Assembly (NCBI GenBank): GCA_944380515.1
Contig: CALWHT010000031.1
Coordinates: 17,332-81,331, forward strand
From: an uncultured Roseburia sp.
GTDB lineage: Bacteria > Bacillota > Clostridia > Lachnospirales > Lachnospiraceae
Direction of reading: 5' to 3'
Length of the DNA: 64,000 nucleotides
In this document: positions 39,155 through 47,687 of the stretch, one piece after another
Layout: the number at the start of each line of letters is the position of its first letter
How positions within the stretch are numbered: the stretch's first letter is position 1
Made by a program: the position numbers and the translations under genes
The notes under the pieces: model-generated
Databases searched by the model: none
What the model saw: only the letters and a program-made list of their open reading frames with translations
Told to the model about the DNA's origin: nothing

Positions 39155-39183
39155 TCATAACATGAAAACAAAGGAACAAACTA
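39155..39183 (+). promoter_or_regulatory. Candidate sigma-G promoter of the SASP gene
   Basis: TCATA-N17-CAAACTA, close to the SigG consensus GHATA-N17/18-CATWHTA. Confidence 0.5.
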
Positions 39184-39206
39184 ACACACCAAAGGAGGAA
39201 ACTATT

Positions 39207-39413
39207 ATGGCAAGTCGTTCATCGAACAGAGCAGCAGTCCCGGAGGCAAAGAGTGCATTAGACCGTTTCAAATACGAGGTGGCAAGCGAGCTTGGCGTAC
39301 CTTTAAAGGACGGCTACAACGGTGACTTAACTTCCAGACAGAACGGTTCTGTCGGCGGTTATATGGTTAAGAAAATGATCGAGGCACAGGAAAGACAGAT
39401 GGCAGGCAAGTAA
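39207..39413 (+). CDS. Alpha/beta-type small acid-soluble spore protein
   Basis: KYEVASELGV and LTSRQNGSVGGYMVKKMI motifs; strong SD AAAGGAGG. Confidence 0.96.
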   Translation: MASRSSNRAAVPEAKSALDRFKYEVASELGVPLKDGYNGDLTSRQNGSVGGYMVKKMIEAQERQMAGK

Positions 39414-39418
39414 TACAT

Positions 39419-39464
39419 AAAAAAAAAAAACGGACGGGAAGCGATTGCTTCCCGTTTGTTTTTC
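39419..39464. terminator. Bidirectional terminator after the SASP gene
   Basis: A12, then ACGGGAAGC-GATT-GCTTCCCGT, then a T-rich tract. Confidence 0.8.
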
Positions 39465-39465
39465 G

Positions 39466-40077
39466 TTATTTTACTCCGATTTCCCGCAGGTCTTCCGCAC
39501 GGATGTCAGGAAACAAAACGACGGGTAACGGACTGGCGGGGTGATCCCCAAGCATTTTTTCCATCCATACCATATCGTACCATCTTCCGAATTTATAACC
39601 GCATTTATGAAATTTTCCAACCATGCGGTAGCCCATATGCGCATGGAACTCTACGCTGTTTTTCGTCAGGTATTCATCCTCCGTTTCCGGATAGCCGATG
39701 CAGGCGTTCAGATTGAGAATATGCTGCATTTTGGAAATCTCCTCCAGAGCCCGGTACAGCCTCCTGCCAAGTCCCATTTTCCGTTTGTTTTCTTTCAGAT
39801 AGATAGAAACTTCCGCCGCCCAGCCGTAGGCCGCCCTTCCGACAAACGGCCCCGTATAGGCATAGCCGAGTATTTCCCCGTCTTCTTCCGCAACAATGTA
39901 AGGATATTTTTCTTTCGTCTTTCTCATTCTCTCCTGAAATTCCCCGACATCCGGCAGGTCATATTCAAACGTAATTGCCGTTTTGGTTACATACGGCTCA
40001 TAGATATTTTGAATTTGCACTGCATCGTCGGGCAGGGCAATCCGGATGCAAATATTATCTTTTTCCATTATTTTCAC
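39466..40077 (-). CDS. GNAT acetyltransferase, phosphinothricin/methionine-sulfoximine (YncA/Pat) type
   Basis: TAITFEY, YPYIVAE..GEILGYAY, RAAYGW..EVSIY and GYKFGRWYDMVW motifs. Confidence 0.88.
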   Translation of the reverse strand: MKIMEKDNICIRIALPDDAVQIQNIYEPYVTKTAITFEYDLPDVGEFQERMRKTKEKYPYIVAEEDGEILGYAYTGPFVGRAAYGWAAEVSIYLKENKRKMGLGRRLYRALEEISKMQHILNLNACIGYPETEDEYLTKNSVEFHAHMGYRMVGKFHKCGYKFGRWYDMVWMEKMLGDHPASPLPVVLFPDIRAEDLREIGVK

Positions 40078-40125
40078 TCTTCCTTCATCCTGAAGCGTTT
40101 ACAGTAAGAAATACCCACAGCCGTC

Positions 40126-42183
40126 TCAAAGATTCAGCCGGTTATTCCTCTCCTGCAAAAACCGCTCCATATAATGACGCAGCCTTTCGTTGTTTTCTCC
40201 GGACAGATCGGGGTCTTCCTTTAAAAGCTTTTGTACCTCGCCGGACGCCTGCTGTAAGACGGACGCGTCCTGATAAATATCTGCGAGCAGAAATTCCATT
40301 TCGCCGGACTGGCGGATCCCAAAAAAATCTCCCGGCCCGCGGAGCTTTAAATCCTCCGCCGCAATCTGAAATCCGTCGTTGGATTTGTTGAGGATGTCCA
40401 GCCGTTTCGCCGCGTTTTTGCTGTCCGAGCAGTTTATCATGATACAGTAGGACTGTGCGTCTCCTCTGCCGACACGCCCCCGAAGCTGATGAAGCTGCGC
40501 CAGTCCGAAGCGCTCCGCATTTTCAATCAGCATCACCGTCGCATTCGGCACATTGACGCCGACCTCCACCACCGTGGTGGAAACCAGCACCTGTATCTCA
40601 TTTTTCACAAACTGTTCCATAATCCGATTTTTCTGTTCGGCCTTCATCTGTCCGTGCAAAAGCCCGACGGTAATGTCATCGGAAAGCCCCGCACGCAGTT
40701 TTTTCACGTAATCCGTAACGTTCTCGGCCTCTATCTGCTCACTCTCCTCAACAAGCGGACAGATGACATAGGCCTGATGCCCTTTTTTCACCTCATTTTC
40801 GATAAACGCATACGCTTTGGGACGGTATCTTGTATCAACGACGCAGTTTTTCACCGCAAGCCTCCTTGCCGGGACCTCATCAATGACCGAAATATCCAAA
40901 TCCCCATAGATAATAATCGCAAGCGTCCTTGGTATGGGCGTGGCGCTCATCACCAGCACATGAGGCTCGGTTCCCTTCGCCGCAAGCGTCTCCCTCTGGC
41001 GGACACCGAATCGGTGCTGCTCGTCCGTAATCACAAGCGCAAGGTTCTGATAAATGGCTTTCTCCTGGATGAGCGCATGCGTCCCGACAATCATGGCATT
41101 CGGATAAACCTCAAGCGCCTCGTAGGCAAGCCGTTTCTGCCTTGCAGTCATCGAGCCGGTCAAAAGCACCACGGGAAATTTCAGTCCGAACTGCCTGCAC
41201 AGCTCCTGATAGGATTCGTAATGCTGCCTTGCCAGCACCTCGGTAGGCGCCATAATCGCGGACTGGTAGCCGTTGTGCGCCGCGTCCGCCATCGCGAGAA
41301 ACGCCACAATCGTTTTCCCGGAGCCGACGTCTCCCTGTATCAGACGCTGCATGACCGTCTCCGAGCGCATATCGCGCTTTACCTCGGAGAGCGCCCGTTT
41401 CTGCGCGCCGGTCAGTTCATAGGGAAGCTGCTTTATGAGTCGCTCCGTAAAATCATCGTCCGCAAAGATAAATTCGTTTTTTTCCCTGGCGCGCTTTTCC
41501 TTATGATACTGCATACTTAACACAAAGAGGAAAAACTCGTCAAATACCAGACGCTTTCTCGCTCCGATCAGCGTATCCATATCCGCCGGAAAATGTATCT
41601 GTCCGATAGCGTAATTATATTCGCAAAGCCCGTATTTTTCCCGGATATCGGCGGGCAGATAATCGACAAAAAGATTCTCGTCCCCTAAAGCCGCGCGCAC
41701 GGTTTTCGTGACGAGATTGTTGGAAAGTCCGTTTGTCAACGCATAAACCGGCAGAAACACCTGCTCCATCACCCGATACTGCTCCTCGGAATAGACCGCA
41801 GGCTGTTCCATCGTAAGCCTGCCGTTTTTTTTCACGGCCTTTCCGTAAAAAATATAGGTATTCCCAACTTTGAGGTTATTTTTCATATAGGGCATGCGGT
41901 ACCACACCAGCTCCATGGAAACACCGAGTTTTCCGATGACCGCGACCGTTATCTGCATGGAGCGCACCTTTCTTACGACGGGCGTTTTCGTAATCCTTCC
42001 GAGCACTGCAGCTGTCTCGCCGTCCGTGACCTCATCCACATGCTTCGCCTCGGGATAACGTATGTACGTCCGGGGATAATGAAGGAGTATATCACCTACG
42101 GTGTATACTCCTATCTTGTGAAATAATTCTTCTGTTTTCGCGCCAACGCCTTTGATTTCTGAAATGGAAGAATCCCTGTTCAT
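40126..42183 (-). CDS. recG: ATP-dependent DNA helicase RecG
   Basis: RLVFDEFF, RLIQGDVGSGKT, DEQHRFGV, MSATPIPRTL, RFGLAQLHQLRGRVGRG and DLKLRGPG motifs. True start ATG 42183; the longer ORF reads through the repeat. Confidence 0.97.
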   Translation of the reverse strand: MNRDSSISEIKGVGAKTEELFHKIGVYTVGDILLHYPRTYIRYPEAKHVDEVTDGETAAVLGRITKTPVVRKVRSMQITVAVIGKLGVSMELVWYRMPYMKNNLKVGNTYIFYGKAVKKNGRLTMEQPAVYSEEQYRVMEQVFLPVYALTNGLSNNLVTKTVRAALGDENLFVDYLPADIREKYGLCEYNYAIGQIHFPADMDTLIGARKRLVFDEFFLFVLSMQYHKEKRAREKNEFIFADDDFTERLIKQLPYELTGAQKRALSEVKRDMRSETVMQRLIQGDVGSGKTIVAFLAMADAAHNGYQSAIMAPTEVLARQHYESYQELCRQFGLKFPVVLLTGSMTARQKRLAYEALEVYPNAMIVGTHALIQEKAIYQNLALVITDEQHRFGVRQRETLAAKGTEPHVLVMSATPIPRTLAIIIYGDLDISVIDEVPARRLAVKNCVVDTRYRPKAYAFIENEVKKGHQAYVICPLVEESEQIEAENVTDYVKKLRAGLSDDITVGLLHGQMKAEQKNRIMEQFVKNEIQVLVSTTVVEVGVNVPNATVMLIENAERFGLAQLHQLRGRVGRGDAQSYCIMINCSDSKNAAKRLDILNKSNDGFQIAAEDLKLRGPGDFFGIRQSGEMEFLLADIYQDASVLQQASGEVQKLLKEDPDLSGENNERLRHYMERFLQERNNRLNL

Positions 42184-42356
42184 ATTAATCTCCATTCCGG
42201 AGCGTTTTACGCGACGGGGCAGATTTTCTTTCAGAAAATCGCAAATCTTCAATTTGCGTCTGCCATCAGGGCTTATTTGTAACGCTCCAGTACAATATAA
42301 CCAACGCAAACAAGTTTGCGTGTGAAAAATAAGCTATCAAGCTTATTTTTCACACT
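42184..42356 (-). repeat. Structured intergenic repeat, copy B (between fakA and recG)
   Basis: Same three identical blocks as copy A (42186-42220, 42240-42280, 42326-42349) plus two extra small palindromes. Confidence 0.95.
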
Positions 42357-42373
42357 CGTTCCCTTCTGCACTT

Positions 42374-44071
42374 CTACTCTACCGAAATGACGTAGTAGTA
42401 AATCGGCTGTCCGCCATAGTGAATCTCAACCTCAACCTCCGGGAAATTCTCCTCCACCTTAGCTCCGATTGCCTCCGCGTCATCCTCTTTGACGTCCTCG
42501 CCGTAATAAATGCTTACAAGCGCGGAATCCCCGTCGATGAGCTGGCCCAGCATATCCATTACCGCGGCCTCCAGATCACGTCCCACGGAAAGGATACCGG
42601 TATCTCCGATACCCATATAGTCATCCTGCCTGATTTCCTTATCATCAATGACCGTATCGCGGACAGCGTAGGTCACCTGACCGGACTTCACGGTCTTAAT
42701 TTCGGAGTTCATACGCTCCTCGTTCTCCTCGGGCGTGCTGTCCGGAATATAATTGACCAGCGCCGTGATTCCCTGCGGAATGGTCTTTGTAGGAATCACA
42801 ATAATCTTTTTGTCCTCCACAAGAGAAGCGGCCTGATTTGCCGCGAGGATGATATTCTTGTTATTCGGTAAAATAAAGATTGTCTTTGCGTTGACTTTCT
42901 CGATGGCGTTTAACATATCCTCCGTACTCGGATTCATCGTCTGTCCACCCTCGATAATATAATCTACGCCAAGTCCTTTAAAAATCTCATTGATACCCTC
43001 GCCGATGCTCACGGAAATAAATCCCATATCCTTCGGTGGCTCTGCCGTCTCCTGCTTTTGTTCCTGCGGAATGCCTGCGGACTGCATCTCCTTTTCTTTT
43101 AAAGCGGAAATCTTCTCGTCGCGCTCCAGCTTCATATTTTCAATGATGATGGTAGTCAGCCCGCCGTAGGTAAGGCCGCGCTGCATTGCAAGTCCCGGAT
43201 CGTTGGTATGTACGTGTACCTTAACGATCTCGTCATCCGCAACCACCACGATGGAATCTCCAATGGTCTCCAGATAGGACTTAAATTCGCTCTCCTGCTT
43301 TGTGGTAATCGGCTTTTCCAGCATAATTAAAAACTGCGTACAGTAAGCAAATTTAATCTCCTGATTTGCCTGTGCCTCGATATTATAAGAAGATACTGCT
43401 CCCTCAGTGGGCTTTTCCGAACTTCCGGTTTCTTCAATGGTATAATCAATTTCCTTTCCGAGCAGGGCGTCAAGGGCTCCTTTGAGCACCTGCATCAGGC
43501 CCTGTCCGCCGGAATCCACAACGCCGGCCTGCTTTAATACCGGAAGCATTTCCGGGGTCTGGTCAAGCACACGGTCGCCCTCCTTGATGACTTCCTCAAG
43601 GAAATAAACAAGGTCCTCTGTCTCGTCGCTTAACTCCGCCGCACGCTCGGACATCCCCTTGGCCACGGTAAGAATCGTTCCCTCCTTCGGCTTCATAACC
43701 GCCTTATAGGCTGTCTCCACCGCCTTCTGGAACGCGTCCGCCAGAACCTGCACATGAATCTCGTCATACTCCGCAATGACCTTTGTAAAGCCGCGGAAAA
43801 GCTGGGAAAGAATTACGCCGGAATTTCCTCTCGCACCGCGCAGGGAACCGGAGGAAATTGCTTTTGCCAGCGAACGCATATCAGGCTTGGCAATCGCGCT
43901 TACCTCCTTTGCCGCCGACATAATGGTCATGGACATATTGGTGCCTGTATCTCCGTCCGGAACCGGAAATACATTCAGCTCGTTAATCCATTCTTTCTTT
44001 GCTTCCAGATTCTTTGCTCCGGCAAGAAACAGCTTCGCCAGAAGCTCAGCATTTATCGTAGTGATTTCCAC
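42374..44071 (-). CDS. DAK2 domain protein, fatty acid kinase subunit FakA/YloV
   Basis: INELNVFPVPDGDTGTNM, GARGNSGVILSQ, KEGTILTV, VVDSGG, KVHVHT, GGQTMNPS and GGQPIYYY motifs. Confidence 0.94.
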   Translation of the reverse strand: MEITTINAELLAKLFLAGAKNLEAKKEWINELNVFPVPDGDTGTNMSMTIMSAAKEVSAIAKPDMRSLAKAISSGSLRGARGNSGVILSQLFRGFTKVIAEYDEIHVQVLADAFQKAVETAYKAVMKPKEGTILTVAKGMSERAAELSDETEDLVYFLEEVIKEGDRVLDQTPEMLPVLKQAGVVDSGGQGLMQVLKGALDALLGKEIDYTIEETGSSEKPTEGAVSSYNIEAQANQEIKFAYCTQFLIMLEKPITTKQESEFKSYLETIGDSIVVVADDEIVKVHVHTNDPGLAMQRGLTYGGLTTIIIENMKLERDEKISALKEKEMQSAGIPQEQKQETAEPPKDMGFISVSIGEGINEIFKGLGVDYIIEGGQTMNPSTEDMLNAIEKVNAKTIFILPNNKNIILAANQAASLVEDKKIIVIPTKTIPQGITALVNYIPDSTPEENEERMNSEIKTVKSGQVTYAVRDTVIDDKEIRQDDYMGIGDTGILSVGRDLEAAVMDMLGQLIDGDSALVSIYYGEDVKEDDAEAIGAKVEENFPEVEVEIHYGGQPIYYYVISVE

Positions 44072-44085
44072 CTTTTACGTCCTCC

Positions 44086-44445
44086 TTAATCAATCACACG
44101 TACGCCTTCGACGTAAATGTTCATTTTTTTGATTTCCATTCCGGTAAATTCCTCTACTTTATATCTGACCGTCTCAATCAGGTTATCGGCAACGGTGCTG
44201 ATGCTGACACCATAGGATACTATGACATGGAAATCAATCGTAATCTTATTATCCTCATCAATCGCTACGTTAATACCGTGTGTCAAATAATCTCTTTTTA
44301 ATAATTTTACAAGACCGTCCTTCATATTGACTGCCGCCATGCCGACAATGCCGAAACACTCCACCGCAACGGAACCGGCATAGGTTGCAATTACTTCAGG
44401 GTCTATTGAAACTCTCCCCCACTGGGTATCCATATGTCCATTCAT
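44086..44445 (-). CDS. Asp23/Gls24 family protein (YloU)
   Basis: AVECFGIVGMA, DFHVIVSYGVSI and NIYVEGVRV motifs; canonical rpmB-yloU-yloV-recG context. Confidence 0.93.
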   Translation of the reverse strand: MNGHMDTQWGRVSIDPEVIATYAGSVAVECFGIVGMAAVNMKDGLVKLLKRDYLTHGINVAIDEDNKITIDFHVIVSYGVSISTVADNLIETVRYKVEEFTGMEIKKMNIYVEGVRVID

Positions 44446-44561
44446 ATACGTTCCTGCTCCTTTCAAAGGCATATTAACGCTAATTTACTGTCTATTATAA
44501 CCGCTTTTCCCGGAAATTCATAGCCATATTTTCGATTTTTTATATTTTTTTTAAAATTTGC

Positions 44562-44590
44562 TTGCAATATAAATTTGAATCTGGTAAAAT
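44562..44590 (+). promoter_or_regulatory. Sigma-A promoter of rpmB
   Basis: TTGCAA-N17-TAAAAT with an extended -10 TG. Confidence 0.7.
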
Positions 44591-44651
44591 AAGCATGTTG
44601 TGAGCCTGTAAGTACAAGCAGGCTTAGTGAATTACAAGGAGGTGCAAAACT

Positions 44652-44837
44652 ATGGCAAAATGTGCAGTTTGTGGAAAGGGCGCTCATTTCGGAAATAATG
44701 TCAGCCATTCTAATAGAAAATCCAACCGCATGTGGAAATCAAACATCAAACGTGTGAGCTGTAAAGTAAATGGAACACCGAAGAAATTATATGTATGTGC
44801 TTCCTGTCTGAAATCCGGAAAAGTAGAAAGAGCTTAG
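44652..44837 (+). CDS. rpmB: 50S ribosomal protein L28 (zinc-binding form)
   Basis: MAKCAVCGK, GNNVSHS, WKSNIK and CASCLKSGKV motifs. Confidence 0.97.
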   Translation: MAKCAVCGKGAHFGNNVSHSNRKSNRMWKSNIKRVSCKVNGTPKKLYVCASCLKSGKVERA

Positions 44838-44858
44838 TTTTTTCTTATAAAGAGCACA

Positions 44859-44904
44859 AAAGCTGCCGCAAAATCGTCTGATAAAGCGATTTTGCGGCAG
44901 CTTT
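44859..44904. terminator. Bidirectional terminator between rpmB and the nitroreductase gene
   Basis: Perfect 18-bp stem AAAGCTGCCGCAAAATCG / CGATTTTGCGGCAGCTTT. Confidence 0.85.
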
Positions 44905-44915
44905 CAATTACCGAA

Positions 44916-45590
44916 TTAAGCCCACCGGAAATTTTCTTTTCCCGCGCCGACTTCAAAATGATATTTGACAATACCCAAATCAATTTTGCTGTAAAACCCG
45001 ACTCCCGCTTTTGCGGATACCACATAGTCATTAAAAAAAAAAACAAATTTCTGCTGGTTTATAGCAGTCGGGGCTAACAGGGCCGCGTCAATACCGTTCT
45101 TAAACCAGTCGGGCAGTGTTGCCTGTTCCTTTATCACACTTTCCCTCGTCTTTGATTTGTGGGGCGTCCCCTGCGTGGAACCGTAGCCGATTGAAATAAC
45201 CAGGCAAAGCTTCTCGCCCTCATCAACGCGATAAGCCGACCGGATCTTGCTGTATGTCATAGCGACCCAGCAGGTATTAAGGCCCAGGGCTTGGGCGTAA
45301 AGAACGACCTTTTCGCCGTAATAGCCGCACGTTTCCTCCAAATCCTTCCCTTTTTTTCCAATCACTGCAATATAGTTTCTGACGCCGGAAAATTTTCCAT
45401 AATGCGCCATAAACCCGTCAAAAGCGTTTGGCTCATTGAGCACAAGCTGCATATGCAGCCCGCTTTCTTCATTGCACTGCCTGATAAATGAAAGCAGACT
45501 TTCTTTCGTGCTGCCCCCAATCGGACGGTCCGTATAGGAACGAACCGAGTGTCTGTTTTTCATTGCCTGTAATAAATCCATTTTAATCAT
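44916..45590 (-). CDS. Nitroreductase family protein
   Basis: NRHSVRSY, GYYGEKVVL.AQALGLNTCWV, ALLAPTAINQQ and IDLGIVKYHFE motifs. Confidence 0.88.
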   Translation of the reverse strand: MIKMDLLQAMKNRHSVRSYTDRPIGGSTKESLLSFIRQCNEESGLHMQLVLNEPNAFDGFMAHYGKFSGVRNYIAVIGKKGKDLEETCGYYGEKVVLYAQALGLNTCWVAMTYSKIRSAYRVDEGEKLCLVISIGYGSTQGTPHKSKTRESVIKEQATLPDWFKNGIDAALLAPTAINQQKFVFFFNDYVVSAKAGVGFYSKIDLGIVKYHFEVGAGKENFRWA

Positions 45591-45942
45591 CCTCTCCTCT
45601 CCTGTCAGGCGCGTTTTTCATTATCTCTTTGATGTCACAAAACAGCGTAATCAGATTGCTTATTTCGTTTGTTTCCGGGTCTAAATAATAGTAAACGCAG
45701 GTACCTTCCTTGCGGACTTTTACAATCCCGGCATCCTTTAATATCTGCATATGATGCGATACCGCCGGCCGCGACAGATTCGTCTTTTCCGTAATTTCCA
45801 CGACACGGTTCCCCCTGCATTCGCCCCTGAGCATAATGCAGATCAGATGCTGCCTTGTCTCATCGCCGATTGCCGTTAAGATTTTCCGGCAGGCCTTAAA
45901 TTCAGCCTCTAATCGGTTGATATCGTCTGACGTATTTTTCAC
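45583..45942 (-). CDS. ArsR/SmtB family regulator (GTG start)
   Basis: LTAIGDETRQH, LSRPAVSHHMQILKDAGIV and GTCVYY motifs; upstream of the nitroreductase gene. Confidence 0.9.
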   Translation of the reverse strand: MKNTSDDINRLEAEFKACRKILTAIGDETRQHLICIMLRGECRGNRVVEITEKTNLSRPAVSHHMQILKDAGIVKVRKEGTCVYYYLDPETNEISNLITLFCDIKEIMKNAPDRRGEDD

Positions 45943-46115
45943 GCTGACACCCTCCTTCCGTTTAAATGTTTGAACGCTTTGATTATAGCACACGATTCTC
46001 CGCAAAAATCATCCGTAAAGAAAATCAAGATACTTACCACTCTTTTGTACATACAAAAACGGCATAGCAAAAAGCTACACCGTTTCTTAAAAACACATCC
46101 GTAAAGTCATATGAT

Positions 46116-46766
46116 TCAGGGATCCGTAATGCTCTCTCCGACCATTTTTTCTTTCGGATCCAAATATTTCTCAAAGGTCTTCTGATAATACAAGGCAAAG
46201 AAATACCCCATCAGTCCAAAGCCGTAAATCAGGGTCAGGAAGTTCGCCAAAAGCGTCGTCGTATTAATCCAGACGAACAGAATCATCAAAATTGCCATCT
46301 GAATCGTATATTTCATATTGCGCAGCGCCATAAAAAACGAATACCGGATGGTCGCCTTTACGGGATTGACAAACCGCGACTGCACTCCAAAGACATATAA
46401 AAGGGAAAGAAAATACGGGACAGCTAAAATCCCCGCAACCGCCTGCATCATAAGGCCGAAGGTATTGCCCGCCTGATTGCCCAGCATAAAATCCGCCGCC
46501 AGAAACAGTCCTGCCGCCAGATACAGGAAAAACAGACCGGTCGCCTGCCTGAAATTTTCTTTAAAGGAGCGGAAAAAGTTCGAATGCCAGTAGCCCTCGT
46601 TATTTTTCAGCTTCATGCTGCTGTAAATGAGCGCCGTCGTGGACGCCCCGATGGTGAACACCGGAAGCGAACAAATCAGCCACAGCAGATTTAAAAGAAA
46701 TATTTTTCCTATCTTGTCAATGGTACGGAATACCACGTTGTCTACATTAAATATTCTATCCCACAT
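46116..46766 (-). CDS. YesL/DUF624 family membrane protein
   Basis: LNLLWLICSLPVFTIGASTTAL and FFRSFKENFRQAT motifs. Confidence 0.88.
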   Translation of the reverse strand: MWDRIFNVDNVVFRTIDKIGKIFLLNLLWLICSLPVFTIGASTTALIYSSMKLKNNEGYWHSNFFRSFKENFRQATGLFFLYLAAGLFLAADFMLGNQAGNTFGLMMQAVAGILAVPYFLSLLYVFGVQSRFVNPVKATIRYSFFMALRNMKYTIQMAILMILFVWINTTTLLANFLTLIYGFGLMGYFFALYYQKTFEKYLDPKEKMVGESITDP

Positions 46767-46823
46767 CTGTTATCTTCCTTTCTTCGCCAGGCACCCCTGC
46801 ATCCCTGTGCAGCCATATCTCTC

Positions 46824-47666
46824 CTAAAGCTCACACGTGTCCCACAAGCCCTGGATATAACGTCTTGCTTCCACCGCGTTTTCCGGCACGGTATTTTCCA
46901 GCGTCACGTGCACATAGGGTTTTCTCTCTTTGATAAAGCGGATAATTTTCCCGTAATCCATCTCTCCCGTTCCGGCTGCGACAGAGACAAGTTCCCCGTC
47001 CTGCACCACAAAATCCTTGATGTGTATCATCGCGATATCTTCACCAAGCAAGTCAATGGCTTCCTCTATAATAGCATCTCTGTCCCTGTAATTGCAACTG
47101 TCAAGAAGATTGACGGGGTCAAAAATAATCTGAAGATTTGGCGAACCTATCTCATCCAGCACCCTTCTTGCCCGGATTGGATTGCATACAATATGCTTAT
47201 ATACCGGTTCAATCGCAAAAATAACACCCATCTTTTCGGCATATTCCACCACCGGCTTCACATTGCGGATAAAGATTTCCAGCGCCTCGTCGGAATGATT
47301 CTTTTCCTCGAACCGGTATTCCTCGTTCACCGCTCCGGTCTCCGTCCCGACGACTCCCACTCCCAGCAGGGACGCAAAACGGATGTGCGCCAGATACCGG
47401 TGCGTAATTTTGGCAAGGCTTTCGGGATTGGGATTTGCAAGGTTTAAATAACAGCCGAGCACAGCGATGTCGAGGTGATATTTTTCAAACAGCCTTTTTA
47501 AATACAGCGCATAGCCCGGAGTCAGCGCCCCGTCGTCTACCGGATATTCCGAAATTACCTTTGAAAGCGCTAAGTGGCCGCAGGCAAAGCCCTGCTCCTC
47601 CGCTATTTTTAGCCGCTCCGGAAGCGGCGCCTTTTTAATATCGTGTAAACGTATTCCTAACTGCAT
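46824..47666 (-). CDS. Sugar phosphate isomerase/epimerase (xylose isomerase-like TIM barrel)
   Basis: LGCYLN, VGTETG, FAIEP, IIFDPVNL, IHIKD and LEN metal-binding pattern. Confidence 0.82.
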   Translation of the reverse strand: MQLGIRLHDIKKAPLPERLKIAEEQGFACGHLALSKVISEYPVDDGALTPGYALYLKRLFEKYHLDIAVLGCYLNLANPNPESLAKITHRYLAHIRFASLLGVGVVGTETGAVNEEYRFEEKNHSDEALEIFIRNVKPVVEYAEKMGVIFAIEPVYKHIVCNPIRARRVLDEIGSPNLQIIFDPVNLLDSCNYRDRDAIIEEAIDLLGEDIAMIHIKDFVVQDGELVSVAAGTGEMDYGKIIRFIKERKPYVHVTLENTVPENAVEARRYIQGLWDTCEL

Positions 47667-47687
47667 CGTTTTTCCTCCGTTCTCCCG

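Noticed and set aside
40489-41520. 343-aa plus-strand ORF antisense to recG, plus many other 100-240 aa antisense ORFs (e.g. 27302, 51149, 53809, 54609)
   Set aside because: Shadow ORFs opposite well-conserved genes, with no SD and no recognisable motifs.
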